This document shows, in pieces, positions 17,601 to 28,586 of a DNA stretch of 64,000 bases. Numbering within the stretch: position 1 is the first letter of the stretch; each line of letters starts with the position of its first letter. The DNA comes from an uncultured Desulfatitalea sp. (GTDB lineage: Bacteria; Desulfobacterota; Desulfobacteria; Desulfobacterales; Desulfosarcinaceae). The stretch covers positions 3,072,001 through 3,136,000 of the forward strand of contig CAXXMB010000002.1 in NCBI GenBank assembly GCA_963668675.2, in the 5' to 3' direction. The notes beneath the pieces are model-generated. The model was not told the origin of the DNA. It searched no databases and worked only from the letters and a program-made list of their open reading frames with translations. Position numbers and translations under genes: made by a program.

Positions 17601-20600
17601 ATTTCGCTAACTGAGCTGCCAGCTGATTGCGAAAGTCTTGGATAACCGATTTTTCGAATACGATGTCCGTACCATTCTGCAATGTAAATATTTCCTGTCT
17701 CGTCCAAAGCCACATCAAGCGGTGTGCTCAAGCCCGCATCTGTTGCCGGTCCGCCGTCACCGCTAAAATAATCTCCATTTGGTTGTGGCGCAGGACCGCT
17801 ACCGGCAAGCGTCACCAGCAATCCCGATTTAGTTATTGTTTGTACACGGTGATTCCTTTGGACTGCAAAAATTGGATTATCATCTGCATCGATTGCAATA
17901 CCTGCAGGGTAAGCAAGGGAAGCAAGGCGCGCCGTGCCGTCTTCGCTAAATGCATACTCACCTCTTCCAGCGACCACTGTAAGACGGTTTTGGGTGTCTA
18001 TTTTGCACACATGGTTAGAGCTTCCAATGGAATCCATTGAAACATACAGATTGCTTTGAGAGTCAGCTGCAATTGCACCATAGGTTGTAAGTTTAGGTAC
18101 GACTGTTGTTATAATACCGTTAGAATCAATTTTACGGACACATCCTTGATCATCATATGAGTGGTGTCTTTGGGTAAAGTATATGTTGTCGGCCCGATCT
18201 ATTGTTATTCCTTCCGGCGTCATCAGAGCCGCTTCGGTTGCCGGGCCATTGTCTCCAGTGTTTCCGAGCGAGCCGTTCCCAGCGATTGTGGTTATTATAC
18301 CATTAGTATCAACCTTGCGAATTCTATTGGCCCCCATATCAACAATGTATAGATTGCCAACAGAGTCAAATGCGATAGAATTGGGATTTGTCAATCCGGC
18401 ATAAATAGCCAAGTCGCCATCTCCGAAACCCCCTGAACTATCTCCTCCTGCAATCGTAGAAATAATACCATCTCTATCAACCATGCGGATGCAATTGTTT
18501 CCCCTATCTACAATGAAAATATTCCCAGAAGAATCGACTTCGACCGCAGTTGGATAGTTCAATGAGGCCTCTATTGCCGGCCCGCCATCTCCGCTGTACC
18601 CGACAGTACCGTTGCCAGCAATAGTACTTATAATTCTCTCTCGTTCAATAACAGTGCCATCGCCCTTAAATAGTTTGGATGGGTCTGAAAGATCCATGTA
18701 GTGATGATCTGAAATGCTCCAGCCTTCTGTCAATCCCCCTTGACCCTTTTTGAGATTAATAAGGAAATCATCCCAATAGATCCAATCCTGTCGTGCAAGA
18801 ATTCCCGTGATCGTGTTTCCATTCTGGGCAAAAGCTGCACTGAAATCGCTTGGGCTATAATAATAACCATCATAAACATATCCTAAAGCGACCACTGCAT
18901 CGATGCTTCCATGGACTGGAGTCCCTTGAAAATCTATGCCATCCCACACAAGCTCCGCTTTCTGGTTGGGGAGGGCCGGCAGAACTTGTTCTATTATGCG
19001 GCCAGCCACCTTCAGCTGTACTACGATACCCGTTAAGTTGTCCGGGACGGTGTCGCCGCTGGCGGGTACCGAGACAACCTGCTTGTAACCATGCTCTCTG
19101 CTACTGCTGTAGTGAAGTTTGAAACCGGTACCGGGAATTGGTATATCTTCATGGTGAACTCGTTTGCGTACTTCAGCATGCGACCCTGTAAAAATAACGC
19201 AATCTTCAAAGCTTGTGGTTATGGAATCGACTGATGAATCATTGGCGGTGGTAGGTGCTTCTGCCCCTGGTGGGGGGCCTACTGGCCAGTTGATATCCCA
19301 TGATGAAAAGTGACTTATTTCTACTCTCCAATATGTTGAGCCCGGCGTATAAACCGCCGGATCATAGAGCCCTTGGACTTCATCGGCAAAATCCCCATCG
19401 GCGTTCAGATCATTGGGTTGGCCATCGCCGCTCGCATCCAGTGCATCGACAACACCGTCACTATCAACGTCTAATAGTTGGACGACCGAACCATTTTTTT
19501 CTGGTAACCATTGCCCCTTGTCCTTGTCGAAATATCCTACCGGGGCTGCAGTGCCGACATCGAATCCGATAAAATTTTCCACCCAAACGACAACCGGGTT
19601 CTCAAATTGCACTCGTTCGGCCCCATCCACAGATAAATCAGCACAAAAGGTAAAACCGGAGTTTAGAGGAAGAGGTGCTGGCATTGATGCTTCTGTTGGG
19701 TATTCCGTAGCCCGAGTTATAATAGTATCTAACTCTTGAACTGCGTTGCCGTTTTCATCGGCAAGGTAGGCCTGGTTGTCCCCTGAGAATACAACTGTTG
19801 TGGACCGGGTCCCAAAATCATCAGTAACAGCACTGCTGCGATGGATAATCACAGTTGATGGATCGTTGTCGAAAGTAACGGTGGTGCTGGCAGGATCCTC
19901 AGCTATCATAGTAACGGTATCGGCCACCACGGTATTGTTCCATGGTACCTTGACTTTTCGGTGAGAAGAGATCAGACCCTGCTTCTGATATACGGCAGTC
20001 ATCATCGAACCACCTTCAACCGGAAGCGTAAATTGTCCCTGGGCATCGGTCATTGCGGTTCCATACTCGGGATGCCCGTGAATCGATATAAGGATGTCCT
20101 CGATTGGTTGTGAATCAACATCAACTACGGCACCTCTTATTAAGGCAAAGCGGTGCTCGTCATACCGTTCAACCGTTGCATCTTGGGGTATCTCATCATT
20201 GTAGGTTTCCCCGAATGTGCCCTCGGGTTGGGGCTCTGTGTATGCTGTGACGTGTACCTCAGCCTTTGCACTGGCCGCTCCGAACGGGCCGCTGATAGTA
20301 AGTGTATATATCGTGGTATGCTCTGGTGACACGGTAACGCTCCCAGAGGTCGGCACAGATCCGATCCCATTGTCTATGTGTGCGTTTTCAGCGCCTGTAG
20401 ATGACCATGAAAGTGTAGCGGACTCCCCTTGAACGATGGTAATTGTTGATGGCGACAAAGAGACTTCAGCGTTCGCCGGCCCCAGTGAAACAGTGATATC
20501 AACAGGGGTATACATCTCTACCGAACTACCGGATGATGGACTTTGGCTGATAACTGTATTGGCGGGAATCGTATCGCTGTATTCCGTTTCAACGACACCT

Positions 20601-22463
20601 ACCGTCAATCCAGCGCTGGAAATCTGAGATGCCGCAACGGTCTGATCCAATCCGATTAGGTCGGGGACTGTGACCATTCGGATAGTAGCGGTAACGATCA
20701 CCTGGTCGAAGGTGCTCGTTGAAATGCCGTCAGAGACAATTAGCTCGAAAACATATGTGCCTTCCATATCCGTGGAAAAAGTTGGGTTGACGGAGTCTAC
20801 CCCCGATAATACCGCGTTGCTGTTAGCGGGAAGATCTTCTATCGCCCATGAGTATGTAATTTCATCACCATCAGGGTCGTGTGAGCCGCTGCCATCCAAT
20901 ACAACTGTTTCTCCCTGATAAGCGCCTATATCAATACCTGCATTGGCAATAGGCGTATCGTTAACGGGATTGACGGATACCGTCACAGTGCCCACACTTG
21001 TGCCGCCATTGCCATCACTGACTGTATAGGTAAACGCATCATCCCCGAAATAGTTCTCATTTGGTGAATATCCCAGGGTACCGTCTTCATTATTGGTGGC
21101 GATTCCATTGGCCGGCTGTGTGATGGATGCGATGGTTAACTCATCTGAATCCGGGTCTGTGTCGTTGGAAAGTACTGGAATCGCGGATATTGTATTGTCT
21201 TCGTCTGTTGTGATCACATCGTTCTGGGAAATTGGCGGGTTGTTTCCTGCACACGGTAGTATCTCAATGTTTTCAATTATGGCGTAAGTATCATAATCTG
21301 CGCATGAGCCGGCACTCCTGGCATATACGAGTATTTTATAGATACCCGCGGAATTACATGTTAGAACCCCGCTAAGTGTATTGTTGCTAGAATATTCTTG
21401 AGCAACGACCCATTCGTCTCCTGTGGACGGTCCTTTTACTTTGAATTTGTATTCAAAGTCACCTGAGCCGCCTTCGGCCAAGGCAGTGAATACAACCGTT
21501 GTTCCCGGTTGCAGCGGGCTTTCGTGCGATGCTGTAAGGTTTACGACTGTCACCGGCAGTGGCAGCACTTCAAAGTATTGCGTTTGATAAACCTCGTCAT
21601 CGGATTCCGATTTGATGCTTCGGGCGTAGACATAAATCTTGTTGCCGCAAAGATCGTCAGTGGTCGTGTCCCAGGACCAACTGTTGCTGGTTGAATAGTC
21701 TTGCATTACCTGAAATTCGTTCGATGTCGCCGGCCCTTTCATTGCAAATTTGTATTCATAGTTGCCAGTACTACCCTCAGCCAGGGCAGTGAATACAACC
21801 GTTGTTCCCGGTTGAACAGGACTGTCATGTGATGCTGTTAAGTTCACATTCATTTCCTGCCCCGCTGAAACAACAAAACTAATTGGGGTTCCATATTCGA
21901 CGACACTACCAGCGGGAATACTTTGACTTATGACGTGTTCATAGGGAATGTCATCTGAATATTGTACTGATGATTCAGATAGCTCTAATTCTAAACCACT
22001 AACAAAGACCTCCAAAAGAACATCATTAAAAAAATCCATGTTAACAAAATTTGGAACTGTCACCGTTCCAGAAACAGCGACCGTAATAGTAACGGTATCT
22101 TCATCGCTTGCGCCAAAACAATCATGCACAACTAATTTTAGTTCAAATATACCGCCTATATCAGCCAAAAAAAGGGGGCTTTCAGAATTTTCGCCGAAAA
22201 TCATAGCACTACTGCCTTCTGGAAAAGTTTCGATAGTCCATGAGTACGTTATTTCTTCACCGTCAGGATCATATGAGCCACTGCCGTCTAAATAGATAAG
22301 GCTTCCAAATGGTGTAGATTGCTGTGGTACTGTTTGGTCCGGACCTGCATCAGCGATTGGTGGATTTGCGTTCGTCGCAAAAAACATTAGTCGCATTGCC
22401 GAAACTAAGCAATATCGATAGTAAACCAACAGCGAAAAATAGAGCAGTTTTTTTCAAAATCAT
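14642..22463 (-). CDS. Giant RHS/YD-repeat teneurin-like protein (PKD-like, PASTA, Ig/cadherin-like, NHL, YD shell, RHS core, Gly-zipper tip); frameshift after signal peptide
   Basis: NHL repeats (GYSGDGGPAIEASLNYP), YD repeats, RHS core GLVRFGYRDFDPDTGRWTAKDPIG...YVQNDPVNYIDPNG; probable true ATG at 22463 is out of frame by one T. Confidence 0.9.
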
Positions 22464-22545
22464 AATTGCCTCTTTTTTGGAAGAACCCGTTTGAAGCATA
22501 AAAGCCACCCGATCTCTTTTTATTATTTGTCTTTGAAGACCATCT

Positions 22546-22681
22546 TTGGCGGCCTCGCACAAAATCCGTTCACACGTCATGCCGAACCCGGTCCGAGGTC
22601 CATAGCCAATCAAAAAAAGCATTTCGGTCTTTCCCGCTATGATGGAAAAATCACCAATACTACTGTTTACGAACGCATCAT
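22546..22681. repeat. Degenerate MITE/REP-type repeat, related to the copy at 50409-50567
   Basis: Shared TCACACGTCATGCCG core and similar ends (CTCGCACAAA ... TTTACGAACGCATCA). Confidence 0.55.
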
Positions 22682-22756
22682 CCTTAAAACCGACTTTATT
22701 AAACCGGCAATTTAATAAACCAACCTCCGTCATCCAGGACTTTATCCGGGATCCAG

Positions 22757-22793
22757 TAAGCGTCATTCCGGCTTTCGCTGGAATGACGCTTAC
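22757..22793. repeat. REP-like palindrome / hairpin
   Basis: TAAGCGTCATTCCGGC-TTTC-GCTGGAATGACGCTTA. Confidence 0.6.
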
Positions 22794-23223
22794 TGGGTTT
22801 TTTAGTTGCAGGGCTAATATTATAAAAGCACTGACTATGTGCTCTTTTAAACGAAATGGGGGCTCACCTTACTTCTTTTCAGTGTTGTGCTGTTTTACCA
22901 TCCGAAAGTTCGGCGGCTACAAAATTTAGTAGTACGAGTGGGTGCTTCTACTCACAGAAGCTACTAAGATGTAGAAGATAGTGAATTCAAATTCGATCCA
23001 ACAATGGTGTTTGCACAAACTTCTACCAACAAACCAGAGATGGCTGTGCCTGCAATTGATTTATATGTTGGTGCAAAGCCTAAAATATTATGGAAGGGTA
23101 ATGTTGGATACATTTGAAAAATTCATATGTCAACACAATTTTTACATGACAAAAGGCGTGCAAATTATTTAATACTCTTAGGCCAATGCTGGAAAAAATA
23201 AATTGGCAAATTATTCTAACTGA

Positions 23224-24746
23224 CTGAAGTTTCGCAGTTAAATATTTAAGGCAAAGAAAGGGATAATTTTCTGAAATAACTGGAAAAACAATTGAAAAGC
23301 GGCTCTGATTTTAGTATATTAGACATCGCCAAACACCTAATAATACTAAAGAAAAGAACCGCCATGAATCCAATTAGCTCATTTTCCCTCTCTTTGCAAA
23401 AGCAAATTAAAAACCAAAGCGTTTGTATTGACACTGAACTCAACCGCGCGTTCAGAGAGCTTAAGTTCAGGTCGCTTTTAAAGCGCAGCGGTATCACTAA
23501 AAACAAGGGATATGCGACGATATCATTGATGTTTCTATTCGTACTGCTTCCCTTTTTGAAAAGAACGTTAACCGATTTTTGGTCCAGTCGGTGCCTTGAA
23601 AATCAGATTGACGCTCAAAAAGACACTTTCTACCGGTTCATTAATCATGAGCGTTTCAATTGGAGAAAATTGGTCTACTTTCTGGCGTTAAAAGTCATTG
23701 CCCATAGCGAAGATACGCCGCTGAAAGAAAAAGTGCTGATCGCCGATGATTCGATAGCAGTCAAAACTGGTAAGGACATCGAGCTTGTCAGTTACCACTA
23801 CGATCACAAAGTGGGCCGTTCGATCTTAGGCAACTGCTATTTGCAACTGGGCTATCATAACGGGATCAATTTTTATCCCATTGATGTGGCCTTGGTCAGC
23901 TCGTCGAATCGGCCCAATAATCGGTTACGGGCAATTGATAAACGCACCTGCGGTTGGAAACGGCGAAAAGAGGCTCTGGATAAAAAGACCACCGCACTGT
24001 TGCAAATGGTTGACCGGGCATGGCACGCGGGCATTGACGCCTCGTTTGTCCTGTTCGACAGCTGGTTTGCACATGATGCCATTATCAGCAGCATTTGCGC
24101 GAGCGGTTACGGTGTGATCTGCCGGTTAAAAAGAAGCCGGGCTAAATACGGCTATCAGGGCCAAAAATACACGCTCAAGCAATTGTGGCAGCAGGTGGCC
24201 AAAAACAAAACCTGCTGGCTGTCGCAACACCACGTAAAAGGTGTTTGCCTCAATGTAACCTTGCCCAAGACAGGTGATGTGCGATTACTGTTTGTCTCCG
24301 ATGGCCACAAAGAGTGGCAGGCGTTGCTTTGTACCGATCTTGAGATGGAAGCATCACAGATCCTTTGCTACTATGCACGCCGCTGGAGCATTGAGGTCTT
24401 TTTTAAGGATGCAAAACAGATGTTGTATATGGCAAAGGAGCAAAGCAATACCTTTGATGCGTTGATCGCCTGCCACAGTCTGGTGATGATCCGCTACCTG
24501 CTGCTGGTCTACATCCTGGGCAAACGCAGGTTAACCGGGGCTGTAGGCCCTTTGTTCAGAGAAATGGCAGACGATCAAAGCCTGCTGTTGATGGCCCAAT
24601 CGCTGTGGGCAAATGTCAAAGAGCTGATTATCAGGTCAAGTGATGTACTTTGCTACAAAATCGAACCTGATACTTTGTTCCATTTTATCGATATTATTGA
24701 GGATGCTATTATTAAGCAGACGCGGTTAGCTTCTGCGAAACTTTAG
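23224..24746 (+). mobile_element. Insertion sequence, IS4/IS701/ISH3-like DDE group, 1523 bp
   Basis: TIRs CTGAAGTTTCGCAG / CTAAAGTTTCGCAG (13/14); 7-bp direct repeat TAACTGA at 23217-23223 and 24747-24753. Confidence 0.9.
23364..24746 (+). CDS. DDE transposase
   Basis: LIADDS, VLFDSWF, YARRWSIEVFFKDAKQ; stop codon lies within the right TIR. Confidence 0.9.
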   Translation: MNPISSFSLSLQKQIKNQSVCIDTELNRAFRELKFRSLLKRSGITKNKGYATISLMFLFVLLPFLKRTLTDFWSSRCLENQIDAQKDTFYRFINHERFNWRKLVYFLALKVIAHSEDTPLKEKVLIADDSIAVKTGKDIELVSYHYDHKVGRSILGNCYLQLGYHNGINFYPIDVALVSSSNRPNNRLRAIDKRTCGWKRRKEALDKKTTALLQMVDRAWHAGIDASFVLFDSWFAHDAIISSICASGYGVICRLKRSRAKYGYQGQKYTLKQLWQQVAKNKTCWLSQHHVKGVCLNVTLPKTGDVRLLFVSDGHKEWQALLCTDLEMEASQILCYYARRWSIEVFFKDAKQMLYMAKEQSNTFDALIACHSLVMIRYLLLVYILGKRRLTGAVGPLFREMADDQSLLLMAQSLWANVKELIIRSSDVLCYKIEPDTLFHFIDIIEDAIIKQTRLASAKL

Positions 24747-25268
24747 TAACTGATTATAGGAAGCAAAGCACAGCTGCTTTTACTAAAGTCAATGGTGAAT
24801 ATTAAATATTTGTTAGCGTATTCTTGTTGAAAATATTTGATTTGGAAACATCTTTTTTCCCAAATCTGGTCATAGCTGAAAGAAGGACGCATTTTGGTTT
24901 TCATCATCACAGTCCAGACAGTTTTTGGGTTTCTTCCTTTCTATGCGGCTTATCCTTTGGGGCAACGGTTGGACCAAAGTGAAATACAAAGGGACCGAAC
25001 CAAAATGAGCATCCTCGTTGTTTTTCCTCCTGTTTACCTCCCCATAACCGGCGAGCAATCGCACGGTGAGGCTTTGCAATATCCTAACGGCTATTGGGAC
25101 ATGTGGTGGGTTCGGGATGACGAGAATTGGTATGCTATATGGCAGGATTGATACTTGAGCTGCGCTATGTTGAGGGTACTTGTATTCGAACGGTGATGTC
25201 GCTATATATGAAAATAGGTCGAAGGGTACTATGAGTATTCATGAACATACAGGATTAAGAAGGGTACC

Positions 25269-25793
25269 ATGGCTGAGATCAAGAGCACGCTGGACCTGGT
25301 GATGGAGAAGACCCGGAACTTAAGGTTCAGTTCGGAGGAGAAGAGAGAGATTCAGATGGAGGAGGCGAGTAGGGCCTTCAACGGTCTCTTGCAGAAATAT
25401 TTAGATGGGCAATTGGAGTTGGAAGCCGTGCAGCGGGGTGTCGCCGGGCTGGAACAGAAGCATGAGTTGAGTGACCGCGGGGTGCTTCGGAAGGTCGTTG
25501 TTGAGAAGCTTGCGCCGGAGTCGATGAGCGGGCCTCTTCTGATTCTGCTCGAACAGGTGTTCGGCTGCGATACCACTGCCCTTCGTGCGCTCGGTAAGGA
25601 TTACCGGAATGAAATGGCCACCCGCGCCGATGACCGTCGTCGGGAGCTCGCGGCCTATCTTGAAGAGCGTTATGAGGTGGCGGGTACGGCTGTCGCTCCC
25701 AATTTGGAGGCAGATGCCAAGTGGTTGGATGAAGCCGCCACGCTGCATGGGTTGTATGCCGTGAAGCTGCAAGAGGAGAAGGCGAGGCTATAG
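25269..25793 (+). CDS. Conserved hypothetical helical protein
   Basis: Clear ORF with RBS; MAEIKSTLDLVMEKT start. Confidence 0.75.
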   Translation: MAEIKSTLDLVMEKTRNLRFSSEEKREIQMEEASRAFNGLLQKYLDGQLELEAVQRGVAGLEQKHELSDRGVLRKVVVEKLAPESMSGPLLILLEQVFGCDTTALRALGKDYRNEMATRADDRRRELAAYLEERYEVAGTAVAPNLEADAKWLDEAATLHGLYAVKLQEEKARL

Positions 25794-26453
25794 GTAGCCG
25801 AGGTATGCGCGTTTCACTCTTTTAAAATTGTCTTGAATCTCTTTTTCTCCGGATATGATATCACCATGTCCAGGCAACAGGTGGTGTGCCGGCAATTCTG
25901 CCATCCGGGCAATGCTGTTTTTTAATTGCATCTCATCCCCGCCGGGCAGATCGGTTCGTCCGATGCCGCCTTTGAACACCAGGTCGCCGGTAAAAAGAAC
26001 CTTCTGAAGGGGCCAATAGAAGCACACCGATCCTGGAGAGTGGCCGGGGGTGTGGTGAACCGTCAAGCCGGTGTCGCCGATATTGAGTTCGCCTTCGTTC
26101 AGCAACAAATCCGGCGTCAGATCTTCGAGGGAGAATCCGCCCGCCGCACTCAGCTGCGGAGCCATCTGCTTGACCAATTCCCAATCGTCGCTGTGCATCG
26201 CGAAGAGGGCGCCGGCGCGTTTGAGGAGCTGGACGGCTTCGATGTGGTCCGGATGGGCGTGGGTGCACATCACCACGTCGATGTCGGCGATGGTCAGGTT
26301 CAGTTCCTGCAACCCCTTCTCCACGTGGTCGAAGTAGGGGGAGTGGCCTGGATCGATCAGGATGCGCCTGGATCGGTCGATCAGGTAGCAGTTGCAGTTG
26401 TTGGCCGACATGGAGCGCCAGATGAAGGCATGCAGATGATCGCATACGTGCAT
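25788..26453 (-). CDS. MBL-fold metallo-hydrolase (glyoxalase II-like)
   Basis: THAHPDH, HTPGHSPGS, FTGD, LPGHG; RBS AAGGAG before ATG 26453. Confidence 0.9.
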   Translation of the reverse strand: MHVCDHLHAFIWRSMSANNCNCYLIDRSRRILIDPGHSPYFDHVEKGLQELNLTIADIDVVMCTHAHPDHIEAVQLLKRAGALFAMHSDDWELVKQMAPQLSAAGGFSLEDLTPDLLLNEGELNIGDTGLTVHHTPGHSPGSVCFYWPLQKVLFTGDLVFKGGIGRTDLPGGDEMQLKNSIARMAELPAHHLLPGHGDIISGEKEIQDNFKRVKRAYLGYL

Positions 26454-26637
26454 TTGAATAGATCTCCTTGTCCTCTGTGGATGCGATTTAACCTTTTTCG
26501 GGTCGTATATAGCATTTTCCGCAAGGCGCTGCAAAGTGACTTGCCAACTGCAGGGCATTCCCGGTTCAATGCCGGGCCAAAAGGTGATACAGATGGCCGA
26601 TGAATCACCGATGCTGTTTAAACGCGATGGACAGGCC

Positions 26638-27600
26638 ATGGATCAGCGAATAGAGGACAAGTATCACCGCCAGGCCGGGATGCTGGCCAACAGGGTTAAG
26701 AAGCGCTTTCGCCACCTGCACAAGCGGTTCGAAAAGGCCGATATCGAGGTGTTCCGGCTCTACGACTGGGATATTCCGGAGATCCGCGCCGTGGTCGATT
26801 GGTATGCCGGCCATCTGGTGGTCGGTGAGTACACCCGCAAGCAATCGACACCCGAGTGGCTGCCGATGATGGGCGCGGCGGTGGGTAGGGCGCTGGGGGT
26901 GCCCCAGGACAGCATCCACCTGAAGGAGCGTTATTACGGTAAGACGGAAGGCCGGCGCTATGAGCGCATCGACCACACGGACCGCATGTTCGCCGTCTCC
27001 GAAAGGGATCTGAAATTTCTGGTCAACCCGTGGGATTATGTGGATACTGGCCTGTTTGCCGACCATCGCAACACACGCCAGATGGTGAGGGAGATGGCTG
27101 CGGGCAAGGCGTTTTTAAATCTATTTTGCTACACCGGGTCGTTCTCATGCTACGCGGCCAGCGGCGGCGCCCGGCTGACCGTCTCGGTGGATCGCTCCAA
27201 GACGGCCATTCGCTGGGCTCGCCGGAACTACGAACTCAACGGGCTCTCCGAAAAGGAGCATCGGCTGGTCCAGGCGCATGTCTTTGAATTTCTTTCAGCC
27301 GCCAGGAGCAAAGCGCAGCGTTTCGATATCGCCGTGGTCGATCCGCCTTCGTTCTACGCTATCGAGAGCGAGGAGGAATCGTTCGATGTGGTGGCCGATC
27401 ATGTGCGGCTGTTGAGGGACGTGTCGGCGCTCATGCACCCGGGGGCGACCCTTTTCTTCTCCACCAATCACCAGAACTTCACTTCCCGTCTTGAGGAGCT
27501 GGACGCTGCCGACATAAGTGAAATCACATCGCGCACCATACCCGAGGATTATATCCACAAACGCAAACGCATCCACCGGTGCTGGCGCATCATCGTCTGA
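26638..27600 (+). CDS. Class I SAM-dependent rRNA methyltransferase (RlmK/RlmI-like)
   Basis: FRLYDWDIPE, DTGLFADHR, LNLFCYTGSF, VDPPSF; start uncertain. Confidence 0.85.
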   Translation: MDQRIEDKYHRQAGMLANRVKKRFRHLHKRFEKADIEVFRLYDWDIPEIRAVVDWYAGHLVVGEYTRKQSTPEWLPMMGAAVGRALGVPQDSIHLKERYYGKTEGRRYERIDHTDRMFAVSERDLKFLVNPWDYVDTGLFADHRNTRQMVREMAAGKAFLNLFCYTGSFSCYAASGGARLTVSVDRSKTAIRWARRNYELNGLSEKEHRLVQAHVFEFLSAARSKAQRFDIAVVDPPSFYAIESEEESFDVVADHVRLLRDVSALMHPGATLFFSTNHQNFTSRLEELDAADISEITSRTIPEDYIHKRKRIHRCWRIIV

Positions 27601-27606
27601 TAGAGG

Positions 27607-28527
27607 CTACATCGATCCTGAGCGAACGATGACGGCCATCATAGCCTCTTCTTCCTTGAAGTCGGCTACTGCTTCGGCCGCCGCTTCCCGTGTAGCGAAT
27701 TGACCAAAACGCACCATGTAAAACGACCGCTGCTGCGCGTCGGTCACTTCATAGATGTAGGCGGTGTAACCGCGCTGTTCCATATCGGCGAGTTGCGTTT
27801 CGGCGTACGCCTTGTTCCGATAGGCGCCCACTTGAATTGCGAATCCCTGGGGCTTGGGTTGCATCTGTCGGGCCGACTCAGTCGGTTGTTCTTCTTCCTT
27901 GGGCGCCTCGCTGGTCTTTTCGGCCTGGCCGGCAAGGGTATCCGGAGCGGTCTCATCACCCTTTGTCTGGGGGGCGGGCGTCGCTGACATCGGGTTTACA
28001 GGTGCAGGCGCGGCCGGTGATGTCTCTTTATGAGGGCCCGGTGCGGCGGGGCCTTTCGCCGTCGCTTCGGCAGGTGCTGGGGCGGTTGTGGTGTCGGCCT
28101 GTCGGACAGCCGTCGTCACGGTTGGCGCCGGGGGCGACTGTGGCACTGATTGGGGCGCCTCATCGGTCGATTGGGCAACCGCCGTCGATGCCGTTTCAGT
28201 CGTCTCCTGGCCTGTTGAACTCTCCTCCCCGGGTGTCGTGACGTTGCCATCCGCCCCGGCCGCATCTTCGGTCGTCGACGGCTCCTCGGCTGCCGGCTCA
28301 GGCGGCGGCATCACCACAGGCATGGGCGGCACCTTGGCCCTTACGACAGCAGGTGGCGGGGTTTTGGCAGCCGGTTTGGGAAAGAACATGATGGCCAGGC
28401 CCACTGCCACTGCGACGATAACAATGGTCACCAACCATCCCCATGGGATGGAACCTCTCATCTTTTGGGGAGACGTGCGCTTCAACGTATCTACCTCCAC
28501 TCTATTTGGGGCGATTTGAAATAACAT
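27607..28527 (-). CDS. SPOR domain membrane protein
   Basis: TM segment, Pro/Ala/Thr-rich linker, C-terminal FAIQVGAY...YMVRFGQF. Confidence 0.8.
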   Translation of the reverse strand: MLFQIAPNRVEVDTLKRTSPQKMRGSIPWGWLVTIVIVAVAVGLAIMFFPKPAAKTPPPAVVRAKVPPMPVVMPPPEPAAEEPSTTEDAAGADGNVTTPGEESSTGQETTETASTAVAQSTDEAPQSVPQSPPAPTVTTAVRQADTTTAPAPAEATAKGPAAPGPHKETSPAAPAPVNPMSATPAPQTKGDETAPDTLAGQAEKTSEAPKEEEQPTESARQMQPKPQGFAIQVGAYRNKAYAETQLADMEQRGYTAYIYEVTDAQQRSFYMVRFGQFATREAAAEAVADFKEEEAMMAVIVRSGSM

Positions 28528-28586
28528 AGTGTCCGCCCCAATCAGCGATAGCCGTTGCGGCGGCGGTAGAATGATGGTGCAAGTGG

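Noticed and set aside
24870..25151. Short ORFs right of the IS
   Set aside because: No RBS or recognisable domain; may be decayed fragments
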